NCBI GenBank assembly: GCA_050084985.1
Contig: JBITNC010000001.1
Location: forward strand, 107,942,001-108,006,000
DNA from: Nageia nagi
Taxonomy: Eukaryota; Plantae; Pinophyta
DNA length: 64,000 bases
Direction of reading: 5' to 3'
A program made the translations under genes and the position numbers. Under the pieces are notes generated by a model. The model did not search any database. It was not told where the DNA came from and saw only the letters and a program-made list of their open reading frames with translations. This document shows, one piece after another, positions 38,201-49,758 of the stretch. Within the stretch, counting starts at the first letter, position 1; every line of letters begins with the position of its first letter.

Positions 38201-39956
38201 GTCATATATGTCAATAAGTAAATATAATGTACCAACCATATTCCCTCTTGGTACTACCATGGAAATCTTAGTAACCTTCCATGCATATTCATCGAATACA
38301 ACTGTATAACCCTCATTGTTATATTAAAATATAACATTATTTTTTAAAAATTTAAAGTTTATTGTATATTATTTAACTTTTACTTTTGTAAATATTTTAT
38401 TTTGATTAGCCATAGGATTTTGTGTTCTTTGTAAATATTTATGCAAAGTCACCTTATAAATGTTTAAAATTAAAAGCCCAATACTTGATCATCCCCAGTG
38501 GTAGTGTCTTATGGCTTAATTGTAATGATTATATGAAGCATTTTCTACATCATGGAGGTCAATGATTGTATGGATCCTAGGGCATGTAAAATGCCTAGGA
38601 GCAATAAAAGACTTTCAAAACTCGGCCTCCTTATCTACATTGATATTAAGGACTACATTTCTATATTTTATTGGGCTTATCATTATGCAAAGGGTTGAAT
38701 AGAAGATGAAAAATGTAATAGGATTCATTTAGTTACATAACATAAGACCTTATGCATAATGCAACTCCATAAGGATTGAAGAGATTTGAAGAAGTAAAGA
38801 AAAGTGTGCATTGGTATAGATGTTTTGCAACTATTCAACTTAATAGAGTTATATTTGAGTGATAATACCCAACATGTGTATGCACTCCACACACCTCGAG
38901 AATCGACACCCATGTATTACCTAGCAACATCGATAACCATATCATACTCAAACTATTATGTTTATGATATCAATATTTATGGAGCTAATCCTTGGCATTA
39001 GTAGATCATTCTTGGGCTAATTACTATCTGCACACTGACATTCAAATTATTTGATCGATGCCTCATCAAAATACATTCTCATGGAAGTTTAATGATCACA
39101 TGAGTACATGTGTGTAAAATATTTTGAAGAAGCTCAAATGAAGTATCCAAAGAGGCTATATGATTGTAAATGCATAAGTAAAAAAAGTTTTATAGAACTA
39201 GACTCCCATATTAATGTTGTTATGATGTATCGAAACTAGTAGATATTAAGAGGAATGTAGGGTTTATATAGAAAGCATCAATTGAAATGAGAAGAGGGCC
39301 TCATTTAGTAATATAATAAAAGAATCGATTCATATTGTAGACCTATGAGGATTGAAGGTATTATGAAAAGTATGAAAAATAAAGTATATTTGCATATGTT
39401 AGAGCAAAACATGTATCATGCACTTCAACTACCCATGTCATGATATTAATGCAAAGACTTCCACTAGAAACCAATGAGATTAAGTAGCTTTGAAGATACA
39501 AGCTCTCTCAATTTGTGTCCCCCTCATGCCATTTGTAAAGAATAATAATGCAAGGTGATGAAGACATATTAAAAATTTGAAAAGCAGAGTCTCAAAAAAT
39601 TATGAAGATCATATGCAAAGATTGATTGTAAGAGAAGCAAGTTGCTAATCAAGTCTTATCCCTAGTGCAATTTGGATCTACTCATATCAACTATCCACTT
39701 GTCCATGTTGCAACAATAATTATGAAATCAAAACAACATTAAAGAGGTTAAAAATTTCAGAGATCATGCAAGTAAAGATCTATTATGCTCATACAAATAA
39801 GTAAAAAACTAGTTGTATCTTTTAGTCAGAGAATAATTAAAGAAAAATTAACAGTACAACATGGTACTCTTCTCATGCCATTTCTTTTTCTTTGACAAGA
39901 GGCATGGCCTCCATGTAATGAATGCATATACAAATTTAATATTTCTCTATAAGAAC

Positions 39957-40454
39957 TGAAGGATTTGAACTATAACTAAACAAATCCTCTAGGACCTTAG
40001 ACTAGGAAACTCAAGATTACACATCTATAATTCTAAGAACATCATTCACACAATATGACACCAATATAATGTGGTTCCTCCCTCCTTGGGAGTACATCCA
40101 CAACTAGCTCTCTTATTCTCAAATCTATGTCTCTCTTACAACTATTCTCTAGCTTTCTCCTACACAACCAAGTAGAGTAATCTTACTCAAAACTTAGATA
40201 TATTTACATGAGGAGAGGCCCTCTATTTATAGGTTGAGAGCACCTCCCTAACCTTCCTTTAACCCAAGGGTAAGGTTAGGGTTACATTAAATGTACCACC
40301 AAACTTCAACCTACCAACTAACTCCTTTGGTAAAGTCAAAGTCTATACATTAAAGAATTCTATTAATCACTTAAGGTATCTACATACCCTTAAGTGATTA
40401 ATTGAATTTACAAGGAGTCTAGATATTCACAATATTTCATTACAAATTCTAACA
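39957..40454 (-). repeat. 3' LTR of the young Copia
   Basis: Direct repeat of 49261-49758; PPT (aaggggggag on minus) at 40455-40464. Confidence 0.97.
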
Positions 40455-40955
40455 CTCCCCCCTTAATGCAATATTGGGATAGAGCGTAGAAGAGAGAAGA
40501 GAGAGAGTAAGAGAGAGTTCTCCTCCATAGAGATACAAGTGGAGATGAGAACTTTTACATATTTTTGAGAATCTTCTTTTTTTTTTTTTTGAGAACTAGT
40601 ATGAGACTCACTACATTACCATTTGAAAAAAATGGTTTACAATACAATCATTAACCACAACTGGTTTCACTGTACATAGTAGTCGATCAACTTTAAGCTG
40701 ACATGTGAGTCTCCATGAGCTTGCTTTCACAAGGTGAGTAACCTGCATTTCTAAAGAAGATCCTACATGCTACAAGCAACTCATGAACAAAATCAGTTAG
40801 ATGCATCATATATTCAAATAAGAGAATCAAATAATGCCATCTTATAAATAACTGATCAATGGTGCACTATAAGCCATCACGGAGATGCCAAGCCATTACT
40901 CATAGTCACCTGTTGTATATATACATGTGTTGATTTTAAAAATAGAGCATAAAAT

Positions 40956-41258
40956 TGTACAACGAGTTTCTCACGCAGAGCAAACTCACCACGGAGGTAT
41001 AGAATGTACAACAAGTTCGTCACGCAGAGCGAACTTACCACGGAGGTATATTAAATTATATGCTCAAAAATTGTACAACGAGTTTCTCACGCAGAGCAAA
41101 CTCACCACGGAGGTATAGAGCATAAAAATTGTACAACAAGTTTCTCACGCAGAGCAAACTTACCACTGAGGTATAAAATAATCAACACTCTATAACAACA
41201 ATTGTACAACAAGTTTGTCACGCAGAGCAAACTTACCACGGAGGTCTAGAATGTACAA
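40956..41258. repeat. Array of five ~46-bp hairpin-containing units with variable A-rich linkers in the Copia 3' UTR
   Basis: tgtacaacRagttYBtcacgcagagcRaactYaccacggaggtata at 40956, 41005, 41072, 41130 and 41203. Confidence 0.93.
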
Positions 41259-41304
41259 TCAAAAAAGGCCTCTTAGAGGTGAAGTTGTCATCACTAACAA
41301 AAGT

Positions 41305-44300
41305 TTAAACTTCACTCCCCCTTGAGGGCAACTTCACCAAACCTAGAGAATTCCTAAGCTTGCAGAACTGAGCTTCAGGAAGGGGCTTGGTGAACAAATC
41401 AGCGGAGTTTTCAGTAGATGGACAATACTGCAAGTGTATGATGTCATCTAGAACCTTCTCCCTGATAAAATGAGCTTGGATTTCTACATGTTTGGTTCGC
41501 TGATGGAACACAGGATTCTTAGCCAAAGAGATAGCCGATTGATTATCTGACGAAATAAGAGATGGGCCATTTTGCTGATACCCAATTTCGTTCAGAAGAT
41601 GTCTTAGCCAAATAGCTTCTTGGGCGGCAATAGACATGGCTCGATATTCGGCTTCGGTGGTAGAAAGAGTCACTGTAGGTTGCTTCTTGGAAGCCCAAGA
41701 GATAGCACCTGAACCAATGCTAAACACATATGCAGAGGTTGATTTTCTATCATCTCTATCTCCCCCATAATCAGAATCTGAGAACCCTGAGAGAACAATC
41801 GAGGGCACTTTGGAATACTTAAGAGCAAGATCCTTAGTCCCTGCCACATACCTCAAGATTTGCTTAACAGCATTGAGGTGTTCAACATATGGTTTTTACA
41901 TGAATCGTGCCATGAGATTCACTGCAAAGGCAATATCAGGATGAGAGATAGTCAGATACAGAAGACTACCAATCAATTGTCTATAAGCTGTAGCATCAGC
42001 CAACTGAGAATCTGAGCTCAGTGATACAACAATTCCAGGAGAAACAGGTATTGCAGCATATTTACACTCCTCCATTCCAAACTTTTGCAAGATGTCTGAT
42101 ATATACTTAGATTGACTAAGATAAGTACAATCTTTGTGTTGGTATACTTGCATCCCAAGATAGTAATGCAATAGACCTAGATCAGTCATTTCAAATGTTG
42201 CCTTGAGTTTGGAGATGCACTCTTGGATGATTTCAATATTATTGCCTGTGATGAGAAGATCATCCACATAAAGGAGAATTATGACCACGTCTTTTCCTTG
42301 ATTGAGTACATAGAGATCTGAATCTGAGAAGCACTTGGAAAAACCAATATCTGCAAAGAATCCTGAAATTTTCTTGTACCATGCTCTAGGTGCTTGCTTA
42401 AGTCCATACAAAGACTTCTTTAGTTTGCACACAAGAGTCTCTTTTCCTTCTGGAATAAATCCTTCTGGTTGATTCATGTAGATTTCAACATCTAAGTCCC
42501 CATTGAGAAAGGCACTCTTGACATCAAGTTGAAAAACTTTCCAACCTTGAGCTGCAGAAAGAGCAAGGATGATCCTGACAGTAGGCATCTTGGCCACAGG
42601 AGCAAAGGTTTCCTCATAATCAATACCATATTGCTGAGCGAATCCTTTGGCCATTAACCTTGCTTTGTATTTTTCAATTTCTCCATTAGAATTGTACTTG
42701 ACCTTGTATATCCATTTATTTCCAATCACATTTTTCGCATTGGGATAAGGAACCAAATCCCAAGTTTCATTTTTCATGAGCGCCTCATACTCAACTTTCA
42801 TAGCATCCATCCAGCACTCTTGCTTGGAAGCTTCTTTGAAAGTTGATGGCTCATTCATATTATCAATTTTGGCAAATAAGGATTTGTTCAAGGTCATACT
42901 TCTTGTAATTCTTTGAGCTGGAGAATTTTGCTCTTGTGGTGACTTCTCTACATGATCATCCAACCAGTTAGGTGCAGGCGAAGAATCATCTGAATCAGAT
43001 ATTTCAGCATGAGAGGTCGTATCCTCAGAAAGTTCATTGAACTTAACATCCCTAGACACAAAGACTATTTTATGGGATGAAGAGTAGAGCCTGTAACCTC
43101 TATGCTGATTATCATACCCCACAAAGATGCATTTTTCTGATCGTTTATCTAGCTTCTTTCTTTTCTCTGAGGTAATGAAGGCAAATGCATCACAACCGAA
43201 GATTCTGAAGTGTGAGAGGTTAGGTTTCTTTCCTGTCCATGCTTCATATGGAGTTTTACCTTCAACTGCCTTAGTAGGACACCTATTTAGGGTGTGAATA
43301 GCAGTGTGAACAACTTCGCCCCATAAGAAACTAGGAAGGTGACCCAACATGCATCTTGCCATTTCCATAATGGTGCGATTCTTCCTTTCAGCAACTCCAT
43401 TTTGCTGAGGGGTGTATGGGATTGTGAATTGTCGCTTAATCCCATGTTTAACACAAAAGTAGTTAAACTCATTGCTATTATATTCACCCCCATTGTCTGA
43501 TCTCAGCATTTTGATCTTAAAATCAGTTTGATTTTCAACAAGTGCCTTGAAGTCTTGAAACCTGTCAAAAGTTTGATCCTTGTGCTCAAGTAGATAACCA
43601 AATGTCATCCTACTGAAGTCATCAATGAAGGTCAGAACATAAGAAGCTCCACCTAGTGACTTAGTCTGAAAAGGACCCATCAAATCTGAATGCACAAGTT
43701 GAAGAGGACAAGTAGCCCGAGTTGCCTTATCTTTTTCAAACTTTTGCCTATGCATCTTTCCTAGAATGCACCTTTCACAAAGACCAACTGTGGGTGAAAT
43801 ATTAGGTAAACCTTCCACAAGTTCTTGAGTTTTCATGGCTTGAATACTCTTGTGGTTAAGGTGTCCTAATCGTTGATGCCAAGATTACCTTTTGAACAAA
43901 CATTTGTAGCAAGACAAATCTTTGAAGGTACTTGATCCACAATATAAAGGTCATTCTTTACTGATCCTTTCATCAAAGTGGCAAGTCCTTTCTTAACACA
44001 CCAAGAGTGTGAGGTAAACTCAAATGAGCATCCTTTCCTTGTAATTTGAATCACGGAGATGAGATTCATCCTTAGTTTAGGCACATAAAAGACATTGTCA
44101 AGAGTCTTTCCATGAATCTTCACACTCCCTATTCCGTGAACATCAAGGACTGTATTATCACCTATCACAACTGCATCCTTTTTGTACTTATGAAAATTTT
44201 CAAACTTATCTTTTTCATAACACATGTGATTAGTGCATCCTGTATCAACAATCCAGTCATTTGAAATAGTTTGAGTCATTGAGTAGTAGGCAACAGAAGC

Positions 44301-45229
44301 AGCATGCTTGTTCTTCTTTTATTATTGAAATTTCTCACATTTGCATTTCCCTTTCCTTTTTGAGCAAATTTCTTTTTGCGACAATCATACTCTTTGTGCC
44401 CAAAGATGCCACAGAAGTTACAATTCCCATCAAACTTTTCTTGAGGTGTTGGATTGCTGGATCCTGCTTTATCATTCCTGTGCCTGTAGTTGCCATGATT
44501 GTTGTTGTTGTTGCCCTTTTTGTCATACTTCCTGAAGGTAGATGAGGACTTGTTGTCTTTGAATTTGTAATGTTTGAACTTTTTCTTGAAAGGAGTTTTG
44601 GTTGCTCCTAGAGCAATGCTATGGTCCTTTGGAGAAAGGTTCAACATTTTCTTGTTCAAAGTTTCCTCATGCTTTAGAAGAAGTCTTGAAAGGTTATCAA
44701 GTGAGATGACATCTTCTTCATCATCGAGCCTTGTTTCCATAACTGTGACAAAGTTGCTGAACTTTGAAGTAAGGCTTTGTAGAATGATGAAGACCATGAA
44801 CTCATCATTGATCCAGTTGCATCCACAACCAACCAGTTGTGTCCTGAGGTCAATGATTTTGTTTAAGTAGATGGAGGCACTTTCATCTTCACTTTGTCGA
44901 TACTGCAACAACTTTTGTAGAATGGTAAACCTCCTTGAAAATTTGGACCCAAGGTAGATTTTCTTTAACCGATCCCAAGCTTCCTTTGCTGAAGTTGATG
45001 AAGAAATCATGAGAAGGACATCATCTGAAACTGCACGGTATATCATAGAAGTTGCTAACTCATTCTTTGAGTTGTATACTTCAAGAGCCTTCTCATCGGT
45101 AGGAGCAACCGCATCTTCACTAACTGTCTGCCATAGCTTTCTTGCTTGTAACTCAGCTTTCATACGTGGTTCCCATATTCCAAAGTTAGAACCATCGAGT
45201 ATGTGCTTGGGAACGAAGGTTTCAACCAT
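41305..45229 (-). pseudogene. Copia gag-pol polyprotein (~1308 aa if repaired), with two 1-nt deletions and one nonsense codon
   Basis: CX2CX4HX4C knuckle, protease WIVDTG, integrase HHCC/DDE, RT YVDD, RNase H SDSD/TEAEY. Frameshifts at ~44320 and ~43881 (the duplicate copy has the missing bases); TAA at 41896-41898 where the relative at ~63175 has CAA. Confidence 0.92.
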
Positions 45230-46007
45230 TGCTACAAAAAAACAAATAAATATACAATAAGAATGTAAACTTTTACAATTTTCATCTATACATATAAAAT
45301 AACTAATAAGCAAACATGTCCCACATGTGTAAACTCATTAACCACGATCCATAGAAGGATAAAGTTGGGGTTGTTTTCTTGTATAGAATTAGGCCTTCAC
45401 CTGGATGCCCGCAAGGTGGAGCCCAGGTACTACCAGTCCTCAACCAGTTCACCTTGGTCAGTGATATACTCTCACAAGGAGAAGTACTTACTATTTTCCA
45501 AGGATCCGACGTATCTTGGACCGGCCATTTTAATTATCTTGATTAAGGGTTTCAGTTTTCCTCCTAGGTTATCAAGATAATCCCTGAATGGACGTGCGGA
45601 CATGTGGTATCACTACACACATGCCTGTCCACCTAATAGAGTTATGTCCAATCCAACAGAGGTCTTAGGGGCAATTAAGACGGACTTACCACCACTTAGT
45701 TCTTCGGACTAAAAGGGCTCCAGTCTGCCCTGTCCTCACCTCATGGCTCCCCAAACAAGTCATGTTGTGGAAAATACGTGCGGATGTATTCATTTTAGGG
45801 GTTACTTTTCACATTTTTGCGTATTGCAAGTATAAGCAAATGTGCAAAAAATATAAAGTAAGATGAAAAATACTCCATCCACACGAACTTGAAACCTTAA
45901 AAAGGCCAAAAAAATTGAGTCCAATGGGTTTTGTTCTAACCCCTAAAGGACTTTTACATTGTTCACATTTTTCTCAAAGCACTTAATTAAACATTAAGAA
46001 CTAAGTC

Positions 46008-46220
46008 CTACTTAGTATATCACGACTTAAAAATTTAAGTAAGCATGCATCATGCATTAAAAATTTAAGTCCTAAGCATACTTAGTATTCATAACATGCA
46101 TTGTATCATGACTTAAAATTTAAGTAATCATGCATCATGCATTATTTAACTTAAAAGTTTAAGTCCTAAGCATGTATCATTAAGTCTAGCATGCAAGATT
46201 TAGATAAAATTTAAGTAAAA
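46008..46220. repeat. Degenerate AT-rich repeats (acttaaaatttaagt / atgcatcatgcat) in the Copia leader
   Basis: Several copies of short palindromic motifs. Confidence 0.75.
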
Positions 46221-47884
46221 TTATAGCACCCCCCTTTTTACTTAAAGGTTTAGCCCTAGACTTGTATGCTAAGACTTGTCGTATAAATAAATGCATTTTA
46301 AGTAAAAAAAATGCCCTTATTTACGTGAAATACTTAAAAAAAAATCCCTTAAATGGTTAATTAAAAAAAAGGTCAAATCCCTTTGGAGTGGGTGAAGAAA
46401 AAAAATAAAACTTAACAACTATGGTTGAAAAGAAAAAAAATGAAAGGTGACCAAGTGGAGGAGGAGAGACAGGGCGGCAGAGGAAGACCAAGGTCGTTGA
46501 AACCGCGTGGGTAGTGGCGGGCGGAGGCCGCGTGGGGCGGCCAGTCAAAGTGAGCCGTTGAGTGTTTTTGTTTTTTTTTTAAAATAGTGTCAATGCCTGG
46601 CCACGAATCCAAGCCATCCACTTTGGACTATAACGAGTTGAATGCTCTCCTCATTTCCTAATGGCCATGAGAAGATGTCTTGTTCAGGCATACACTCGAA
46701 AAACGTCGTAGTCATCTCGTCAAATAATTCTGTGTTGGGCAGATCCTGCGATCAGGTCATGAAAGGAGAGAAGGGGAGGCGCAGCAGCAGCGAGAGAGAG
46801 CCGGCAACATCAGGTGGCGTGAGGTGCACGTGAGCAGAGAAGGGCGTGCAAAGTTGTTATCCTACGATCAGTGCAGTCCAGGACACTATGGCTGCATCAG
46901 GCATGGCGTACGCCATGCTGCAGCTGGTCGATGGAGGAGGCAGGTCCTGCACGAGGAGGGAAGGCACAGCCGGCTCGAAGAGTTGGTGGGAGGAGCGCAG
47001 GCCGCGAAGACCAGCGAGGAAGGAGGGAGCCAGCGACGTCAGGTGGCGGGCTGTTTAGGAGGAGCGTATCAGGCAGGAGGCACAGGACACGCGTGCCCAA
47101 TTCCCAATTTTACATCCGAATCACACGTGAGCATGCAACGTTGTCAAACAAATCGTAGGTGTGCATTCTATCAAACAATTCACAGACCCTCAATGTACCC
47201 AATTTTGTGCATATTCTCTGATCATGGCAGGCCACGAAACGCAGAGCTGGCGAGGGAGGCTGCGAGGAAAGGGCTGCACCGCGTGGACCCGTTCATGTCA
47301 CTTTGTCGAGGCATTTTGTCAAACAGTTTACAGATCCATTCACATTTGTGTTCCCCAACATTTTATAATTTTTGAATATTTTAAATAGATTTAAAATCTA
47401 AAAATATATAGAACTATTTGTGCTTTTTAAACAAATTATCCTCCTCTTTATGTCAACAATAAAATATGTAAACAAAATTGCATCTTCCTCCTTGTTTTGA
47501 TATTGTTCACAAAAGACTATTTTGAGTAAAAAATTGTAATATTTCTCAAATGTTGTATACTAACCATCTCCTTTTTTTTGTTTGTTTAAATGTAGCAATT
47601 TAAGCACTTTGTAAAAATTGCAAGTAAACAAAAGGTTAGTAATAACAACAAACAAGGAACATCATATTACAATTTTGTTAGCCATGTATTGCCCAAACAA
47701 AAAAAATGAGCTCAACACATAGCAAATAATGTTAGTATCATTAGTGCATAAGCCAAAAAAAATGAAGGAGATTATATGAAGGAGGTTATACCTTCTCTTG
47801 AATTTACCTCACCAAGAAGATTAGGATTAAGATCTCCAAATTTGAGAAGGATGAAGCACCTCCAAAATGTAGCTTCCACACCAA

Positions 47885-47963
47885 AAGAGCTTCCTCAACA
47901 AGGAGAGTTTCAACACCAAGAAGAGCTTCCTCAACAAGGAGAGTTTCAACACCAAGAAGAGCT
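47885..47963. repeat. 33-bp tandem repeat, ~2.3 copies
   Basis: aagagcttcctcaacaaggagagtttcaacaccaag repeated. Confidence 0.9.
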
Positions 47964-48058
47964 AGTTGTGGATGTACTCCCAAGGAGGGAGGAACCACAT
48001 TATATTGGTGTCATATTGTGTGAATGATGTTCTTAGAATTATAGATGTGTAATCTTGA
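47958..48058 (+). repeat. Inverted 101-bp copy of an LTR R/U5 segment
   Basis: Reverse complement of 40011-40111 and 49315-49415. Confidence 0.95.
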
Positions 48059-49249
48059 CACCTATTTAGGGTGTGAATAGCAGTGTGAACAGCTTCGCCC
48101 CATAAGAAACTAGGAAGGTGACCCAACATGCATCTTGCCATTTCCATAATGGTGCGATTCTTCCTTTCAGCAACTCCATTTTGCTGAGGGGTGTATGGGA
48201 TTGTGAATTGTCGCTTAATCCCATGTTTAACACAAAAGTAGTTAAACTCATTGCTATTATATTCACCCCCATTGTCTGATCTCAGCATTTTGATCTTAAA
48301 ATTAGTTTGATTTTCAACAAGTGCCTTGAAGTCTTGAAACCTGTCAAAAGTTTGATCCTTGTGCTCAAGTAGATAACCAAATGTCATCCTACTGAAGTCA
48401 TCAATGAAGGTCAGAACATAAGAAGCTCCACCTAGTGACTTAGTCTGAAAAGGACCCATCAAATCTGAATGCACAAGTTGAAGAGGACAAGTAGCCCGAG
48501 TTGCCTTATCTTTTTCAAACTTTTGCCTATGCATCTTTCCTAGAATGCACCTTTCACAAAGACCAACTGTGGGTGAAATATTAGGTAAACCTTCCACAAG
48601 TTCTTGAGTTTTCATGGCTTGAATACTCTTGTGGTTAAGGTGTCCTAATCGTTGATGCCAAAGATTACCTTTTGAACAAACATTTGTAGCAAGACAAATC
48701 TTTGAAGGTACTTGATCCACAATATAAAGGTCATTCTTTACTGATCCTTTCATCAAAGTGGCAAGTCCTTTCTTAACACACCAAGAGTGTGAGGTAAACT
48801 CAAATGAGCATCCTTTCCTTGTAATTTGAATCACGGAGATGAGATTCATCCTTAGTTTAGGCACATAAAAGACATTGTCAAGAGTCTTTCCATGAATCTT
48901 CACACTCCCTATTCCGTGAACATCAAGGACTGTATTATCACCTATCACAACTGCATCCTTTTTGTACTTATGAAAATTTTCAAACTTATCTTTTTCATAA
49001 CACATGTGATTAGTGCATCCTGTATCAACAATCCAGTCATTTGAAATAGTTTGAGTCATTGAGTAGTAGGCAACAGAAGCAGCATGCTTGTTCTTCTTTT
49101 TATTATTGAAATTTCTCACATTTGCATTTCCCTTTCCTTTTTGAGCAAATTTCTTTTTGCGACAATCATACTCTTTGTGCCCAAAGATGCCACAGAAGTT
49201 ACAATTCCCATCAAACTTTTCTTGAGGTGTTGGATTGCTGGATCCTGCT
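48057..49249 (-). pseudogene. Duplicated gag C-terminus/protease/integrase-core fragment, reading frame intact
   Basis: 1193-bp copy of 43278-44468; ORF 47962..49287. Confidence 0.93.
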
Positions 49250-49258
49250 CTGATACCA
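49247..49258 (-). promoter_or_regulatory. Primer binding site (tRNA-iMet)
   Basis: TGGTATCAGAGC, 2 nt inside the 5' LTR. Confidence 0.95.
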
Positions 49259-49260
49259 AT

Positions 49261-49758
49261 TGAAGGATTTGAACTATAACTAAACAAATCCTCTAGGACC
49301 TTAGACTAGGAAACTCAAGATTACACATCTATAATTCTAAGAACATCATTCACACAATATGACACCAATATAATGTGGTTCCTCCCTCCTTGGGAGTACA
49401 TCCACAACTAGCTCTCTTATTCTCAAATCTATGTCTCTCTTACAACTATTCTCTAGCTTTCTCCTACACAACCAAGTAGAGTAATCTTACTCAAAACTTA
49501 GATATATTTACATGAGGAGAGGCCCTCTATTTATAGGTTGAGAGCACCTCCCTAACCTTCCTTTAACCCAAGGGTAAGGTTAGGGTTACATTAAATGTAC
49601 CACCAAACTTCAACCTACCAACTAACTCCTTTGGTAAAGTCAAAGTCTATACATTAAAGAATTCTATTAATCACTTAAGGTATCTACATACCCTTAAGTG
49701 ATTAATTGAATTTACAAGGAGTCTAGATATTCACAATATTTCATTACAAATTCTAACA
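49261..49758 (-). repeat. 5' LTR of the young Copia
   Basis: Direct repeat; TATA box cctataaatag on minus at ~49527-49537. Confidence 0.97.

Larger units (their letters stand above)
39957..49758 (-). mobile_element. Very young Ty1/Copia LTR retrotransposon with rearranged 5' region
   Basis: 498-bp LTRs with no difference seen by eye, TG..CA termini, TSD AGAAC, PBS TGGTATCAGAGC, PPT, gag-PR-IN-RT-RH domain order. Confidence 0.97.

Noticed and set aside
40956-41258. CRISPR-like repeat-spacer array
   Set aside because: Linkers are ~3-27 nt, A-rich and partly repeated; there are no cas genes; it lies in a eukaryotic retrotransposon UTR.
40956-41258. Hammerhead ribozyme (minus strand CTGCGTGA-GAAAC)
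   Set aside because: No CUGANGA core and no stem II between the two motifs.
41857-41898. Programmed stop read-through between RT and RNase H
   Set aside because: The relative at ~63175 has CAA at this codon, so a simple C-to-T nonsense mutation is more likely.
46642-47388. Overlapping + strand ORFs as an extra retrotransposon gene
   Set aside because: Expected in GC-rich, stop-poor sequence; low-complexity products with no motifs.
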